64,000 nucleotides of DNA from Streptomycetaceae bacterium (GTDB lineage Bacteria > Actinomycetota > Actinomycetes > Nanopelagicales > Nanopelagicaceae): positions 2,595-66,594 of the forward strand of contig JAIXXJ010000018.1 in the NCBI GenBank assembly GCA_027490815.1, in the 5' to 3' direction. This document shows positions 36,601-45,967 of the stretch, piece after piece. A model generated the notes under the pieces. It was not told the origin of the DNA. It did no database searches and was given only the letters and a program-made list of their open reading frames with translations. Within the stretch, counting starts at the first letter, position 1; each line of letters starts with the position of its first letter. Both the position numbers and the translations under genes were made by a program.

Positions 36601-37074
36601 ATGAACCTTCGAAATGCAATATCTATTGCCGGGATAGCAGTTGTGATTGTCTATGTCGTTGGCTCTGGGCTTTGGGTTAATACCGGCGATAGTTGGTATA
36701 ACAATCTGAATAGGCCGTCTTGGCAACCACCAGGTTACATATTCGGAATTATCTGGCCATACAATTTTGTTGTTCTTGGCATTGCAGCATTTGCTATAGG
36801 CCAACGCGCCTCCATTCCGGTTGCACTTACTTACTTGGCATTCTTTGCACTCTCTGTTGCAGCAGCTCTTATGTGGGCATTCCAGTTCTATCGCCCGCAT
36901 AACTTCACTGTTGCAGCAATCGCACTTACTGCAACAGCTGTGCTTACCCTTCCTATGAGTTACATACTCTTTACGATCTCATTGCCTATTGCACTTGCCG
37001 TGGTTCCCTATCAAGTGTGGGTGGCAATTGCTGCAACGCTTAGTTGGAGTTTTCGCAAGTTGAATCAACTGTAA
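36601..37074 (+). CDS. tspO: TspO/MBR tryptophan-rich sensory protein
   Basis: 157 aa, five TM segments. NNLNRPSWQPPGYIFGIIWP block typical of TspO. Confidence 0.85.
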   Translation: MNLRNAISIAGIAVVIVYVVGSGLWVNTGDSWYNNLNRPSWQPPGYIFGIIWPYNFVVLGIAAFAIGQRASIPVALTYLAFFALSVAAALMWAFQFYRPHNFTVAAIALTATAVLTLPMSYILFTISLPIALAVVPYQVWVAIAATLSWSFRKLNQL

Positions 37075-37104
37075 TTTGTCCACAATTGCCTGTAACTTAA
37101 GGCT

Positions 37105-38769
37105 GTGCAGACACATGGCAAGGCCGAGAGTGCGTATAAAGATAAAAACTGGTGGCGCCAGGCAGTTGTCTATCAAATCTATCCACGAAGTTTTGCCGAC
37201 TCCAATGCAGATGGAATCGGTGACCTTAAAGGAATCACATCACGGATAGATTATTTAAAATCTCTCAACATCGATGCAGTCTGGCTTAGTCCTTTTTATC
37301 CATCGCCTTTAGTAGATGGTGGTTATGACGTTTCTGACTATCGAGATGTTGATCCAAAACTTGGAACCCTGGCCGATTTTGATGAAATGTTGGCAGCTCT
37401 GCACAGTGCAAGTATCAGAATATTTGTAGATATTGTTCCCAATCACTGTTCTTACTTGCACCAGTGGTTTCAAGATGCGATCGCAACACCACCAGGTTCT
37501 GCCCAAAGAAATAGATTCATTTTTCGAAACGGTCGCGGTGAAAAGGGCGAACTGCCACCAACTGATTGGGTTTCACATTTTGCACCATCTGCATGGACGC
37601 ATGAGTCAGCCTTTGGTGGAAAGCACAATCAATGGTTCCTCCATTACTTTGCACCAGAGCAACCAGATTGGAACTGGGACAACCCAGAGATAGAAGAAGA
37701 CTTTTTAAAAACTTTGAAGTTTTGGGCAGACCGCGGTGTTGATGGGTTTCGAATCGATGTTGCACATGGCTTAAAGAAAGATCTCAGTGAGCCATTTAGA
37801 ATGCGCAACACGTTAGAACATGAGGTCGATAGACCAACCGATGGCAATGGAATCCTTGCCGATCGCAATGAAGTCTTTGACGTTTATCGCAAGTGGCGCA
37901 AACTGTTTAATCAATATGACCCACCGAAGGTGGCTGTGGCAGAGGCAAATGTGCTTCCAGAGCGCATTCCACTCTATGCAAGTGAAGAGACTCTTGGGCA
38001 ATGTTTTGACTTTAGATTTATTTTTCTGCCCTTTAGTGCCAGCACCTATAAAGAAAGTGTTACTGAGGCAATAGAGCTAGCAAAGGTCAACGGCTCATCT
38101 TGCACGTGGTGTTTGTCTAATCATGACCAAATCAGGCATGCAACAAAGTTAGGTTTAGATAAATCAGTAGATAGAAGAGTCTGGATGCTCTCCGATGGTA
38201 CATCGGCCGCCCTAGATAAAGAGGCCGGAACCAAGCGTGCGCTGGCAGCAACGCTATTTATTTTGGCGTTGCCGGGTTCTACATACCTGTATCAAGGAGA
38301 AGAGCTTGGATTACATGAAGTAACAGATATTCCAGAGTCAATGATTCAGGATCCACAGTATTTAAAGAATCTAAAAGTTGATAAGGGCCGTGATGGTTGT
38401 CGTGTGCCACTGCCATGGAATGCAAAGGCTGATTATTTTGGATTTAGTACTGGTGCATCACATCTTCCACAACCTGCTTGGTTTAAAGATTATGCAGTAG
38501 ATGTGCAGGCCGGAAAACCTGAATCTGCATTAACTACGTATCAACAGGCGTTAAAACTACGTAGAGAGTTGATGTGTGAAGAAACAATCCAGTGGCATGA
38601 AACTGGCGACCCAGAAGTGCTGCATTTTTCTCGTCCAAATGGTTGGAACTGTTTGATTAACTTTGAAGGTAGTGATTATTTGATACCTGCAGGTGAGCAT
38701 TTACTGTCTTCTTCGCCAATTACTGATGGCAAATTGCCGGCCGGGGTGACGGTCTGGATTAAGCGGTAA
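37105..38769 (+). CDS. GH13 alpha-glucosidase / oligo-1,6-glucosidase
   Basis: WWRQAVVYQIYPRSFADSNADGIGDLKGI, GFRIDVAHGL (nucleophile Asp) and SNHDQ blocks. Confidence 0.9.
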   Translation: MQTHGKAESAYKDKNWWRQAVVYQIYPRSFADSNADGIGDLKGITSRIDYLKSLNIDAVWLSPFYPSPLVDGGYDVSDYRDVDPKLGTLADFDEMLAALHSASIRIFVDIVPNHCSYLHQWFQDAIATPPGSAQRNRFIFRNGRGEKGELPPTDWVSHFAPSAWTHESAFGGKHNQWFLHYFAPEQPDWNWDNPEIEEDFLKTLKFWADRGVDGFRIDVAHGLKKDLSEPFRMRNTLEHEVDRPTDGNGILADRNEVFDVYRKWRKLFNQYDPPKVAVAEANVLPERIPLYASEETLGQCFDFRFIFLPFSASTYKESVTEAIELAKVNGSSCTWCLSNHDQIRHATKLGLDKSVDRRVWMLSDGTSAALDKEAGTKRALAATLFILALPGSTYLYQGEELGLHEVTDIPESMIQDPQYLKNLKVDKGRDGCRVPLPWNAKADYFGFSTGASHLPQPAWFKDYAVDVQAGKPESALTTYQQALKLRRELMCEETIQWHETGDPEVLHFSRPNGWNCLINFEGSDYLIPAGEHLLSSSPITDGKLPAGVTVWIKR

Positions 38770-38934
38770 ATCAGGCTCAGGCTCACCTGAGGTTATCTTT
38801 ATAACAAAATCGTTATCTGAGCACACGGGCCTTGGCCCGGTGTTGAGTTGCGACGCAACGCTGGCCCGACAAGGATTTAGCCACTCGGTCGAAAGGCTTT
38901 TTCGTACCGAATCGATTCTGAAAAGGACGTATCC

Positions 38935-40257
38935 ATGTTCAAAAGCAAGAAAAGAATCCTCGCAACTGCGGGAATTGCAGCAACAACTCTAGTTGCATCA
39001 CTCGTTGCAGCTACAGCACCTGCTGCAGCAGCAGTGGATTGCGCTCCATATGCAGCATATGGAAAGCACACTGGAAAGACTGTTGAATTTAATACTTCAA
39101 TTCTTGATCCAGAGAAGTCAACATTCCAGAAGGTTTGGAAAGACTTTGAATCATGCACAGGAATTACAATCAACTTCACTGGTACAAACCAGTTCGAAGC
39201 ACAGCTTCCAGTACGTGTTGCTGGCGGAACAGCACCAGATCTAGCTGTATTCCCACAGCCAGGATTGCTCGCGAAGATGGTAGAGACAGGAAAAGTTCTT
39301 CCTGCACCTGCATCAGTTGTTGCAAACGTAGATAAGTATTGGTCTAAGGGTTACAAGGATCTAGGTTCAGTTGGCGGAAAGTTCTACGCTGCGCCTCTAG
39401 GTTCAAGCCTTAAGTCATTGGTTTGGTACTCACCAAAGCAGTTCGCAAAGAATGGTTACGCAGTTCCAACAACTTGGGCACAGCTAACATCACTTGCAGA
39501 TCGCATGGCTGCTAAGAAGCAGACAGCATTCTGTGGTGGTATCGGTTCAGGTGGAGCAACTGGTTGGCCAGCAACTGACTGGGTAGAGCAGATGGTTTTG
39601 CGTGAGCACGGTGCTCAGGTTTATGCCGACTGGACTACAAACAAGGTCAAGTTCTCAGATCCACGTATTCAGTCAGCAATGAAGAAGGTTGCCGGATGGA
39701 TGCAGAACCCTAAGTGGGTTGGCAACGTAAAGAAGATCGCAACAACAACTTTCCAGGATGCAGGACAAGGTATTCCTAGCGGTAAGTGCATGATGTTGCA
39801 GCAGGCTTCTTTCTACGCAGGTCAGTTCCCTGAGAAGAACATCATTGCTGCAGATGGCGATGTTTATGCCTTCTACCTACCTGGTACAAATCCAAAGGTT
39901 AAGACTCCAATCTTGACTGCTGGTGAATTCGTTGGTGCATTTGCATCACGTCCAGAGGTTGCAGCTGTTCAGGCTTACCTATCTTCAGCTGAGTTTGCAA
40001 CAGCAAAGGTTGCTGAGGGTGGTTGGGCAACTGCAAACAACGGAGTTCCATTGTTTAAGTACAAGGATCCAATCCAGCGTCTATCAGCTCAGTACCTATC
40101 AAACAAGAATGCAACTGCAGTCTTTGATGGTTCAGACATCATGCCAGCATCAATTGGTGCAGGAAAGATGTGGACTGAGTTCACAGCATGGTTTGCAGAA
40201 GGAAAGTCAATTGCCGCTGTAACTAAGGCACTTGATGCTGCATGGCCAAAGTCCTAA
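38935..40257 (+). CDS. CUT1 sugar ABC transporter substrate-binding protein
   Basis: Signal peptide. 440-aa family-1 SBP, followed by two MalF/MalG-type permeases. Confidence 0.85.
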   Translation: MFKSKKRILATAGIAATTLVASLVAATAPAAAAVDCAPYAAYGKHTGKTVEFNTSILDPEKSTFQKVWKDFESCTGITINFTGTNQFEAQLPVRVAGGTAPDLAVFPQPGLLAKMVETGKVLPAPASVVANVDKYWSKGYKDLGSVGGKFYAAPLGSSLKSLVWYSPKQFAKNGYAVPTTWAQLTSLADRMAAKKQTAFCGGIGSGGATGWPATDWVEQMVLREHGAQVYADWTTNKVKFSDPRIQSAMKKVAGWMQNPKWVGNVKKIATTTFQDAGQGIPSGKCMMLQQASFYAGQFPEKNIIAADGDVYAFYLPGTNPKVKTPILTAGEFVGAFASRPEVAAVQAYLSSAEFATAKVAEGGWATANNGVPLFKYKDPIQRLSAQYLSNKNATAVFDGSDIMPASIGAGKMWTEFTAWFAEGKSIAAVTKALDAAWPKS

Positions 40258-40289
40258 GTTAATTTCTTAACTTAGTTCCACATAAGTAA

Positions 40290-40328
40290 GTGCGACCCGC
40301 TAAAAACATAGTTTTTAGCGGGTCGCAC
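40290..40328 (+). promoter_or_regulatory. Intercistronic stem-loop after the SBP gene
   Basis: GTGCGACCCGCTAAAAAC-ATA-GTTTTTAGCGGGTCGCAC: perfect 18-bp stem with no downstream U-tract. Confidence 0.65.
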
Positions 40329-40388
40329 ACTTAGTATTCTGTGTCTTAGAATTAACTGTTAAATTGAACTAAATCTTGGGAGGCCAAT

Positions 40389-41369
40389 ATGAGTGACTTT
40401 ATTGCCACCAATGTCCCTAAGTTCACTTCACTGTTTACTGCAATGGCTGCCTTTTTCATCATATTGGCAGTCATTTTTGTTGTCGCAGGATTTGTAAATG
40501 GCAAGATAGCTCGCCCAATCGCACTTGTTGTCTTCTTGGCCCCGGCCTTACTTCTCTTACTTGCAGGCCTTGTTATTCCAACAGGTCGCACAATCTTTTT
40601 TAGTTTTATGAACCCCAATTCAGATGGCTTTGTTGGATTAGAAAACTATGCCTGGATAGCTACAGATCCAGGCGTTCGAACTGTTTTGTTTAACACAGCT
40701 CTTTGGACAATTGTGACCCCGCTATTTACTACGGCCCTTGGACTCTACCTTGCAGTCATGCTCGATCGCATGCGCGGTGAGTCAATACCTAAGTCGCTGA
40801 TCTTTATGCCTATGGCAATCTCATTTGTTGGCGCAAGTATTATTTTTAAATTTATGTATGAATACCGTGATCCAGGTGATTCGCAGATTGGGTTGCTCAG
40901 CGCGATTGTGCAGGCGATTGGTTTTGGTCCCAGCAACTGGTTACTTGTTAAGCCCCTTAACACGCTCTTGCTGATGGTTGTATTTATATGGACGCAGACC
41001 GGGTTTGCAATGGTGATTTTGTCAGCGGCAATCAAGGGCGTGCCAACAGATGTGCTTGAAGCATCGGCGCTAGATGGAGCAACTGGTTGGAAGCTATTTA
41101 GAGGCGTGACATTTCCGATGGTTCGAACAACATTTGTTGTTGTCCTTGCCACCATGGTTGTCGCCTCGCTCAAGCTCTTCGACATTGTTCGCACAATGAC
41201 GGGTGGAAACTTTGGTACCTCAGTTCTTGCCAATGAGATGTATTCACAGATATTTGTTCAGTTTGATGCCGGTAAGGGATCAGCGCTTGCTGTAATGCTC
41301 TTCTTAAGTGTTACGCCAATATTTATCTATAACATTCGAAGCCTTAAGAGAGAGCGGTCAAGTAAATGA
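40389..41369 (+). CDS. CUT1 sugar ABC transporter permease (MalF-like)
   Basis: 326 aa, six TM segments, EAA-loop region (EASALDGATGWKLFRGVTFP). Confidence 0.9.
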   Translation: MSDFIATNVPKFTSLFTAMAAFFIILAVIFVVAGFVNGKIARPIALVVFLAPALLLLLAGLVIPTGRTIFFSFMNPNSDGFVGLENYAWIATDPGVRTVLFNTALWTIVTPLFTTALGLYLAVMLDRMRGESIPKSLIFMPMAISFVGASIIFKFMYEYRDPGDSQIGLLSAIVQAIGFGPSNWLLVKPLNTLLLMVVFIWTQTGFAMVILSAAIKGVPTDVLEASALDGATGWKLFRGVTFPMVRTTFVVVLATMVVASLKLFDIVRTMTGGNFGTSVLANEMYSQIFVQFDAGKGSALAVMLFLSVTPIFIYNIRSLKRERSSK

Positions 41370-42289
41370 GTAGCCGCGGGCTTAGCCAGGGTAATCCGGC
41401 CAAAAAATTGTTTGCCTCCAAATGGGCAACAACAATTGTTTGGTTTATTACCTTATTGTGGTTTATCCCTAGTTTGAGCTTGCTTGTAACCTCATTTAGA
41501 TCAAAAGATGATGTGTTTAACACTGGATGGTGGACTGCTTTTGGTAATCCTAATTTCACATTAGATAGCTATCGATCTGTGTTTTTTGGAGACAATGGCG
41601 GCGGCGTTTCAGACGGTGTGCTGCCATATTTTGTGAATTCAATCGTAATCACATTGCCAGCAACAATTTTCCCAGTAGTAATTGCAACCATGGCTGCATA
41701 CGCACTTGCGTGGATTCGCTTCAAGGGCAGCGATACTGTTTTCTACATCATCTTTGCTCTGCAGATTGTTCCGCTACAAATGGCACTTGTCCCGCTTCTT
41801 AAGTTGTTTACAGGCGGTGCCAGCATTGGTTCATTCCAATTCTTCCCAGCCCTTGGCATCGCAGGTGACTTTGCAGGAATCTGGTTGCCTCACACAATGT
41901 TTTCCATGCCGCTAGCAATTTACTTATTGCACAATTTTGTATCCAGCTTGCCGAGAGAGATCATGGAAGCTGCCGTAGTAGATGGTGCTAACCACTTTAG
42001 AATATTTAGATCTATTGTCTTGCCGCTATCTATTCCAGGAATTGCATCTTTTGCAATATTCCAGTTCCTTTGGGTTTGGAATGATCTGCTTGTTGCACTC
42101 ACATTCTCAAGTGGTCTAGATACCGTTGCACCGATTAATGCCAAAATCGCATCCTTGGTGGGCCAATATGGTTCTAGTTGGGAAACATTGACTGCGGGTG
42201 CTTTTGTGACAATTTCAGTGCCATTGATTGTCTTCTTCTCACTACAAAAATACTTCGTGCGAGGCTTGCTAGCTGGTTCTGTTAAATAA
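41366..42289 (+). CDS. CUT1 sugar ABC transporter permease (MalG-like)
   Basis: 307 aa, EAA loop (EAAVVDGANHFRIFRSIVLP). 4-nt overlap with the upstream permease gene. Confidence 0.9.
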   Translation: MSSRGLSQGNPAKKLFASKWATTIVWFITLLWFIPSLSLLVTSFRSKDDVFNTGWWTAFGNPNFTLDSYRSVFFGDNGGGVSDGVLPYFVNSIVITLPATIFPVVIATMAAYALAWIRFKGSDTVFYIIFALQIVPLQMALVPLLKLFTGGASIGSFQFFPALGIAGDFAGIWLPHTMFSMPLAIYLLHNFVSSLPREIMEAAVVDGANHFRIFRSIVLPLSIPGIASFAIFQFLWVWNDLLVALTFSSGLDTVAPINAKIASLVGQYGSSWETLTAGAFVTISVPLIVFFSLQKYFVRGLLAGSVK

Positions 42290-43663
42290 CTAGAGATCTA
42301 GTCCGTTATTTGCAATAACCCCTTTATACCAAAGAGCTGAATCCTTTAAAGTGCGCTTTTGAGTTTCAAAGTCAACATGAACAATCCCAAAGCGTTTTTC
42401 ATACCCTAAAGCCCACTCAAAGTTATCCATCAGTGACCAGTGGTAGTAACCACCAACTGGTGCACCTTTTTCAATTGCAGATGCGATGCTCAGTAAGTGA
42501 GTGCGGATGTATTCAATGCGGCGCAGATCTGCCACGGTGCCCTGACTATTTACATCATCATCGTAGGCAACGCCGTTTTCTGTGATGAAAATTGGCGGCA
42601 ATCGGTCACCAAATTCTTTATGCCATCTAAGGCAAAGATTTCCTAAACCTTCTGAATTTAACGGCCAACCCATATCTGTCAGCTCACCTTTTGGTGTTTC
42701 ATCTATGTTCAAGCCGTAGTGAGAAGAGAGCGTATGCCATGGATTCTGGCCATCGATGGGTGGTCCTACGCGGTTATCAAAGTAGTAATTGATTCCTAAG
42801 AAATCACTCTTAACTTTTGCAAGCTCTAAATCTCCATCTTTAATTGCATGTTGAAGTTCTTCGGCAAATTGATCCATGATGATTTCTGGGTATTTTCCAT
42901 TAAAGAATGCATCCATCCAGAAACGATTTTGAATTGCATCCAGCATGTTTGCAGCATGCACCTGATTGGAATCATTGTGATCATCGACAACAAAGTTTGC
43001 TTGATTTAAAACTGGACCAATTAAAAGATCAGAACGAACAGATCGCATGGCTTGGGCCGATAGGGCATGTGCTAAGACTGTGTGGTGGGCAACGCTCCAT
43101 GCCGTCTTTCTATCTTTGATTCCAGGTGCGTGAATTCCGATTCCATGGCCAAGCCAAGCAACAACCCAAGGTTCATTAATGGGCGTGAACTTCTTAACGC
43201 GATCGCCAAATCTTTCTGCAACTGCAGCAGAGTAATCTTGAAATGGTTTAAGAATCTCTCTGGAACTCCATCCACCATTATCTTGAAGTGCTTGTGGAAG
43301 GTCCCAGTGATACAAAGTTGCAATTGGTTCTATTCCTGCAGCTAATACTTCATCAATCAGACGATCGTAGAAATCAAATCCACGCTCTTCTCGGCGCCCT
43401 GTTCCTTCTGGAAACATTCGAGACCATGAAAAAGAAAAACGATAACCTTTTAAACCTATATCTTTCATTAAACCAATATCGCTTTTAAACAAGTTGTAGT
43501 GGTCATTTGCAACCTCGCCTGTATCACCGTTGGCAACCTTGCCAGGTGTATTGCAGAATGTGTCCCAGATGGATGGACCTCGACCATCTGTGTTTGTTGC
43601 ACCTTCTATTTGAAAAGATGATGTCGCAGCACCCCAGATGAAGTTTTTCGGAAAAGTGGCCAC
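42290..43663 (-). CDS. GH1 beta-glucosidase
   Basis: FIWGAATSSFQIEG, acid/base NEP (TPINEPW) and nucleophile ITENG blocks. Confidence 0.9.
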   Translation of the reverse strand: MATFPKNFIWGAATSSFQIEGATNTDGRGPSIWDTFCNTPGKVANGDTGEVANDHYNLFKSDIGLMKDIGLKGYRFSFSWSRMFPEGTGRREERGFDFYDRLIDEVLAAGIEPIATLYHWDLPQALQDNGGWSSREILKPFQDYSAAVAERFGDRVKKFTPINEPWVVAWLGHGIGIHAPGIKDRKTAWSVAHHTVLAHALSAQAMRSVRSDLLIGPVLNQANFVVDDHNDSNQVHAANMLDAIQNRFWMDAFFNGKYPEIIMDQFAEELQHAIKDGDLELAKVKSDFLGINYYFDNRVGPPIDGQNPWHTLSSHYGLNIDETPKGELTDMGWPLNSEGLGNLCLRWHKEFGDRLPPIFITENGVAYDDDVNSQGTVADLRRIEYIRTHLLSIASAIEKGAPVGGYYHWSLMDNFEWALGYEKRFGIVHVDFETQKRTLKDSALWYKGVIANNGLDL

Positions 43664-43731
43664 TAGATAAATCTAAGGCTCAATTGATTTAAAGTCACCT
43701 TTGAAATTCATTGCGCGTTGCGGTTTAGCGA

Positions 43732-44409
43732 CTACGGCGCAACAGGCGGTAGTGAAAGATCTGATAGCGCTAGAAGTGTGATCCCAGATGCAATCAGCAG
43801 AACTGCAACAAACACCGAGGCTTTTGTGCCAACGCGCTGAGGTAATCCTTTGATGCCGCTCTGATTATCTTGCTTCATATCTTTAATCACGTTGAGAAAG
43901 TGGGCGGCTACTCCAAATAAGGCACCACCGACCCACATCCACAGTGGTGGCATCTGATCCTTAGAAAACGCCATACAGGATGGAAGAGCTGCAAATGCAA
44001 CGGCATATGGCAAAGGAGAGAAAACATTGAACTTGAAGTAGAAGTTATAGGCAACTGCCCAAGCGACTGCAAAGAGTGAAAGGCCTCCCCCAATAAAGCC
44101 CAATGGCCCAAAAAGATTCACCAGGATTGCAATAGGCACCATTACCTGCAACCAACGCTGTAAGAACTTTGGAGTTATGAGCCCAGCAACTAGAGGTTTA
44201 TTTAATCGCTTATGGCGCACATCATCTTGGTAATCAATGAGGTCATTGCTCCAACCAACTACAAGCTGGCCACAAAAGAATGCAAATGCAATAACCATTG
44301 ATGGACCTTCCCACCAATAAAGTTGTGCGAAGAAGTAACTAATAGAAGTGACAAGCATGGTTGGACCAAAGTGTGAAGCACGCATCAAGCCAATTAAGCG
44401 CTTTGTCAT
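43732..44409 (-). CDS. UbiA-family prenyltransferase
   Basis: First Asp-rich motif NDLIDYQDD and second KDMKQD. Multi-TM. At 225 aa it is on the short side for the family. Confidence 0.65.
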   Translation of the reverse strand: MTKRLIGLMRASHFGPTMLVTSISYFFAQLYWWEGPSMVIAFAFFCGQLVVGWSNDLIDYQDDVRHKRLNKPLVAGLITPKFLQRWLQVMVPIAILVNLFGPLGFIGGGLSLFAVAWAVAYNFYFKFNVFSPLPYAVAFAALPSCMAFSKDQMPPLWMWVGGALFGVAAHFLNVIKDMKQDNQSGIKGLPQRVGTKASVFVAVLLIASGITLLALSDLSLPPVAP

Positions 44410-44455
44410 GACACCTGCCTATTGAGTTGAGGTAAGAAACAGATGAGGTCTAGGT

Positions 44456-45751
44456 TCAATTTATTTTCGAGACGTTCACAAGTAAGCCTGTAGAAGTGTT
44501 GTCAATAAGTTCGATGTTCCAGTTGTCGATGGATTTCTTTTCACCTTTTCTTAAAAGCAACTTCTCGGCGGTGATAGGGCCATCGCCATGACTGATGTTT
44601 GTATCAATCTTGTAGACAAGAAGTCCTTGACCTGAAGAGTAATTGTTCCGTGACTCCATAGCGATTGTTACCCCAGGTTTAACGTTTATTAACAGCAACT
44701 TGGTTCCCAAAGAATTAGAAAAATCGGATAAATAGTGAGTCGATGAGATTTGATTTTGAACACATCTCACCTCTTCATCTTTGATCCAACCCATAAGTAA
44801 CTTATTCCAACCAAAAAAATCATTAAGTCCGCTTCCATCGCTCATAACATCCCAACGCCCAGCAGGTGTTGGATCAGGCACTGTTGGTCGTTGGCTGTTT
44901 AAAAAGACATACAGATCTTCTAACCCAAAGATGCTATGCCCTAATTCGTGGGCAATTATGTTTGATTGTCCTACTATCTGTCCCACTTCTAAAGTCGCAC
45001 CATTAACAGTTCCTGTTTTTGTACTAAAAATCTGCCCTCCGAAACCTTGCCCAATAGTTGTCAATTGGCTGTATCCAGATTCAATAACTACAGAGTCATA
45101 CTTACTGAAATCTATTTGTTGATCAGCTAGCAAAAATGTGTCATTTACAATGATCTCATTATTTTGCTGCGGTTTATTTGGAATAATTCCATAATCTTTG
45201 GCAGAAGTTGTCAGTTTTACCCACAGATTTTTAGTAGGAATTTCAAAGGTCAACTTGATTCGGTTGTAGGAGGCTTTGGCATAAAAATCACTTGTTTCCT
45301 TCAGTGCTTTTTGCAAATTAATTAAATCAGCATCAGTAAAAGCAATCTCCTCAAAAATTATCGGGAGCACCAAAATCTTTACTTCACTTTTTCCATTCGC
45401 CAAATTTGCTGGTCTTGGAAAGCCATTGCTGCCTATACTTCTAGAAGTCAGATCAATTGTTTTACATATCTCAACGGGCGATAGATCGACATTTGGTGTG
45501 ATGCTTGGACTCTTGGATAGATCAACTATCGAAGGAACCTTTGCGTCGCTATCTACGGAATTTCTCACCCAAGAAAGCTTGTTAGCGGATTTTAAACAAG
45601 TGAAAGTTTTCCCTTTTACGACTTGAGTCTTTCCTGCCTTGGTGCATTTAGCGCCCTGCTTAACAGCAGCATTTGCTATGACTACCGAACCAGACAACAA
45701 GAGAGTTAGAACAGATATGAATGCAACTAACTTCTTGTTTCTAGCGTTCAT
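44456..45751 (-). CDS. Secreted zinc metalloprotease, M6-domain-like (paralog of 1114-2547)
   Basis: Signal peptide and Cys module (C-x15-C-LKSANKLSW). Carries HELGHSIFGLEDLY (the HExGHxxGLxDxY pattern of M6-type domains), then WDVMS and FGWNKLLMGWI. Confidence 0.7.
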   Translation of the reverse strand: MNARNKKLVAFISVLTLLLSGSVVIANAAVKQGAKCTKAGKTQVVKGKTFTCLKSANKLSWVRNSVDSDAKVPSIVDLSKSPSITPNVDLSPVEICKTIDLTSRSIGSNGFPRPANLANGKSEVKILVLPIIFEEIAFTDADLINLQKALKETSDFYAKASYNRIKLTFEIPTKNLWVKLTTSAKDYGIIPNKPQQNNEIIVNDTFLLADQQIDFSKYDSVVIESGYSQLTTIGQGFGGQIFSTKTGTVNGATLEVGQIVGQSNIIAHELGHSIFGLEDLYVFLNSQRPTVPDPTPAGRWDVMSDGSGLNDFFGWNKLLMGWIKDEEVRCVQNQISSTHYLSDFSNSLGTKLLLINVKPGVTIAMESRNNYSSGQGLLVYKIDTNISHGDGPITAEKLLLRKGEKKSIDNWNIELIDNTSTGLLVNVSKIN

Positions 45752-45769
45752 TTCTACCTGCTGTTGTGC

Positions 45770-45919
45770 TCAGTTGCTCTTTAGGTGCGCAGCGGCGTCG
45801 TCATAGCCGCCAGCTTCTAGCTTTGCAATCAGGTCAGCCTTGACTGCCTTAACAACATTATGAGTGCCATTGCAGTTCTTATCTGGATCAGTTGTATATC
45901 CGCACGCACAAGCTCCCAT
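45770..45919 (-). CDS. 49-aa Cys-containing mini-protein (below ORF-track cut-off)
   Basis: Hand translation: MGACACGYTTDPDKNCNGTHNVVKAVKADLIAKLEAGGYDDAAAHLKSN*. AGGAG lies 7 nt upstream of the ATG. Located between the PQQ-dehydrogenase-like and protease genes on the same strand. Confidence 0.5.
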   Translation of the reverse strand: MGACACGYTTDPDKNCNGTHNVVKAVKADLIAKLEAGGYDDAAAHLKSN

Positions 45920-45967
45920 TTTAAAACTCCTTTTTCTATAGGGTTCAGACTCTACTTGAGTCAGGTT

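Noticed and set aside
36439-36900. Long antisense ORFs, for example 36439-36900, 40745-41233, 55960-56346, 60447-60974 and 50864-51286.
   Set aside because: They lie opposite well-supported genes with clear family motifs. Their sequences are low-complexity and Arg/Ser/Pro-rich, typical of shadow frames.
38847-38859. GTTGCG-A-CGCAAC palindrome 76 bp upstream of the CUT1 SBP gene. It shares the CGCAAC/GTTGCG hexamer with the 9246 palindrome.
   Set aside because: The arms are only 6 bp and are arranged in the opposite order. This is easily a chance occurrence, and no LacI-type regulator gene is in the window.
43732-44409. UbiA-family gene considered a truncated pseudogene because 225 aa is short for the family.
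   Set aside because: Both Asp-rich motifs and a normal-looking N-terminus are present, and the frame is uninterrupted. It is kept as intact with reduced confidence.
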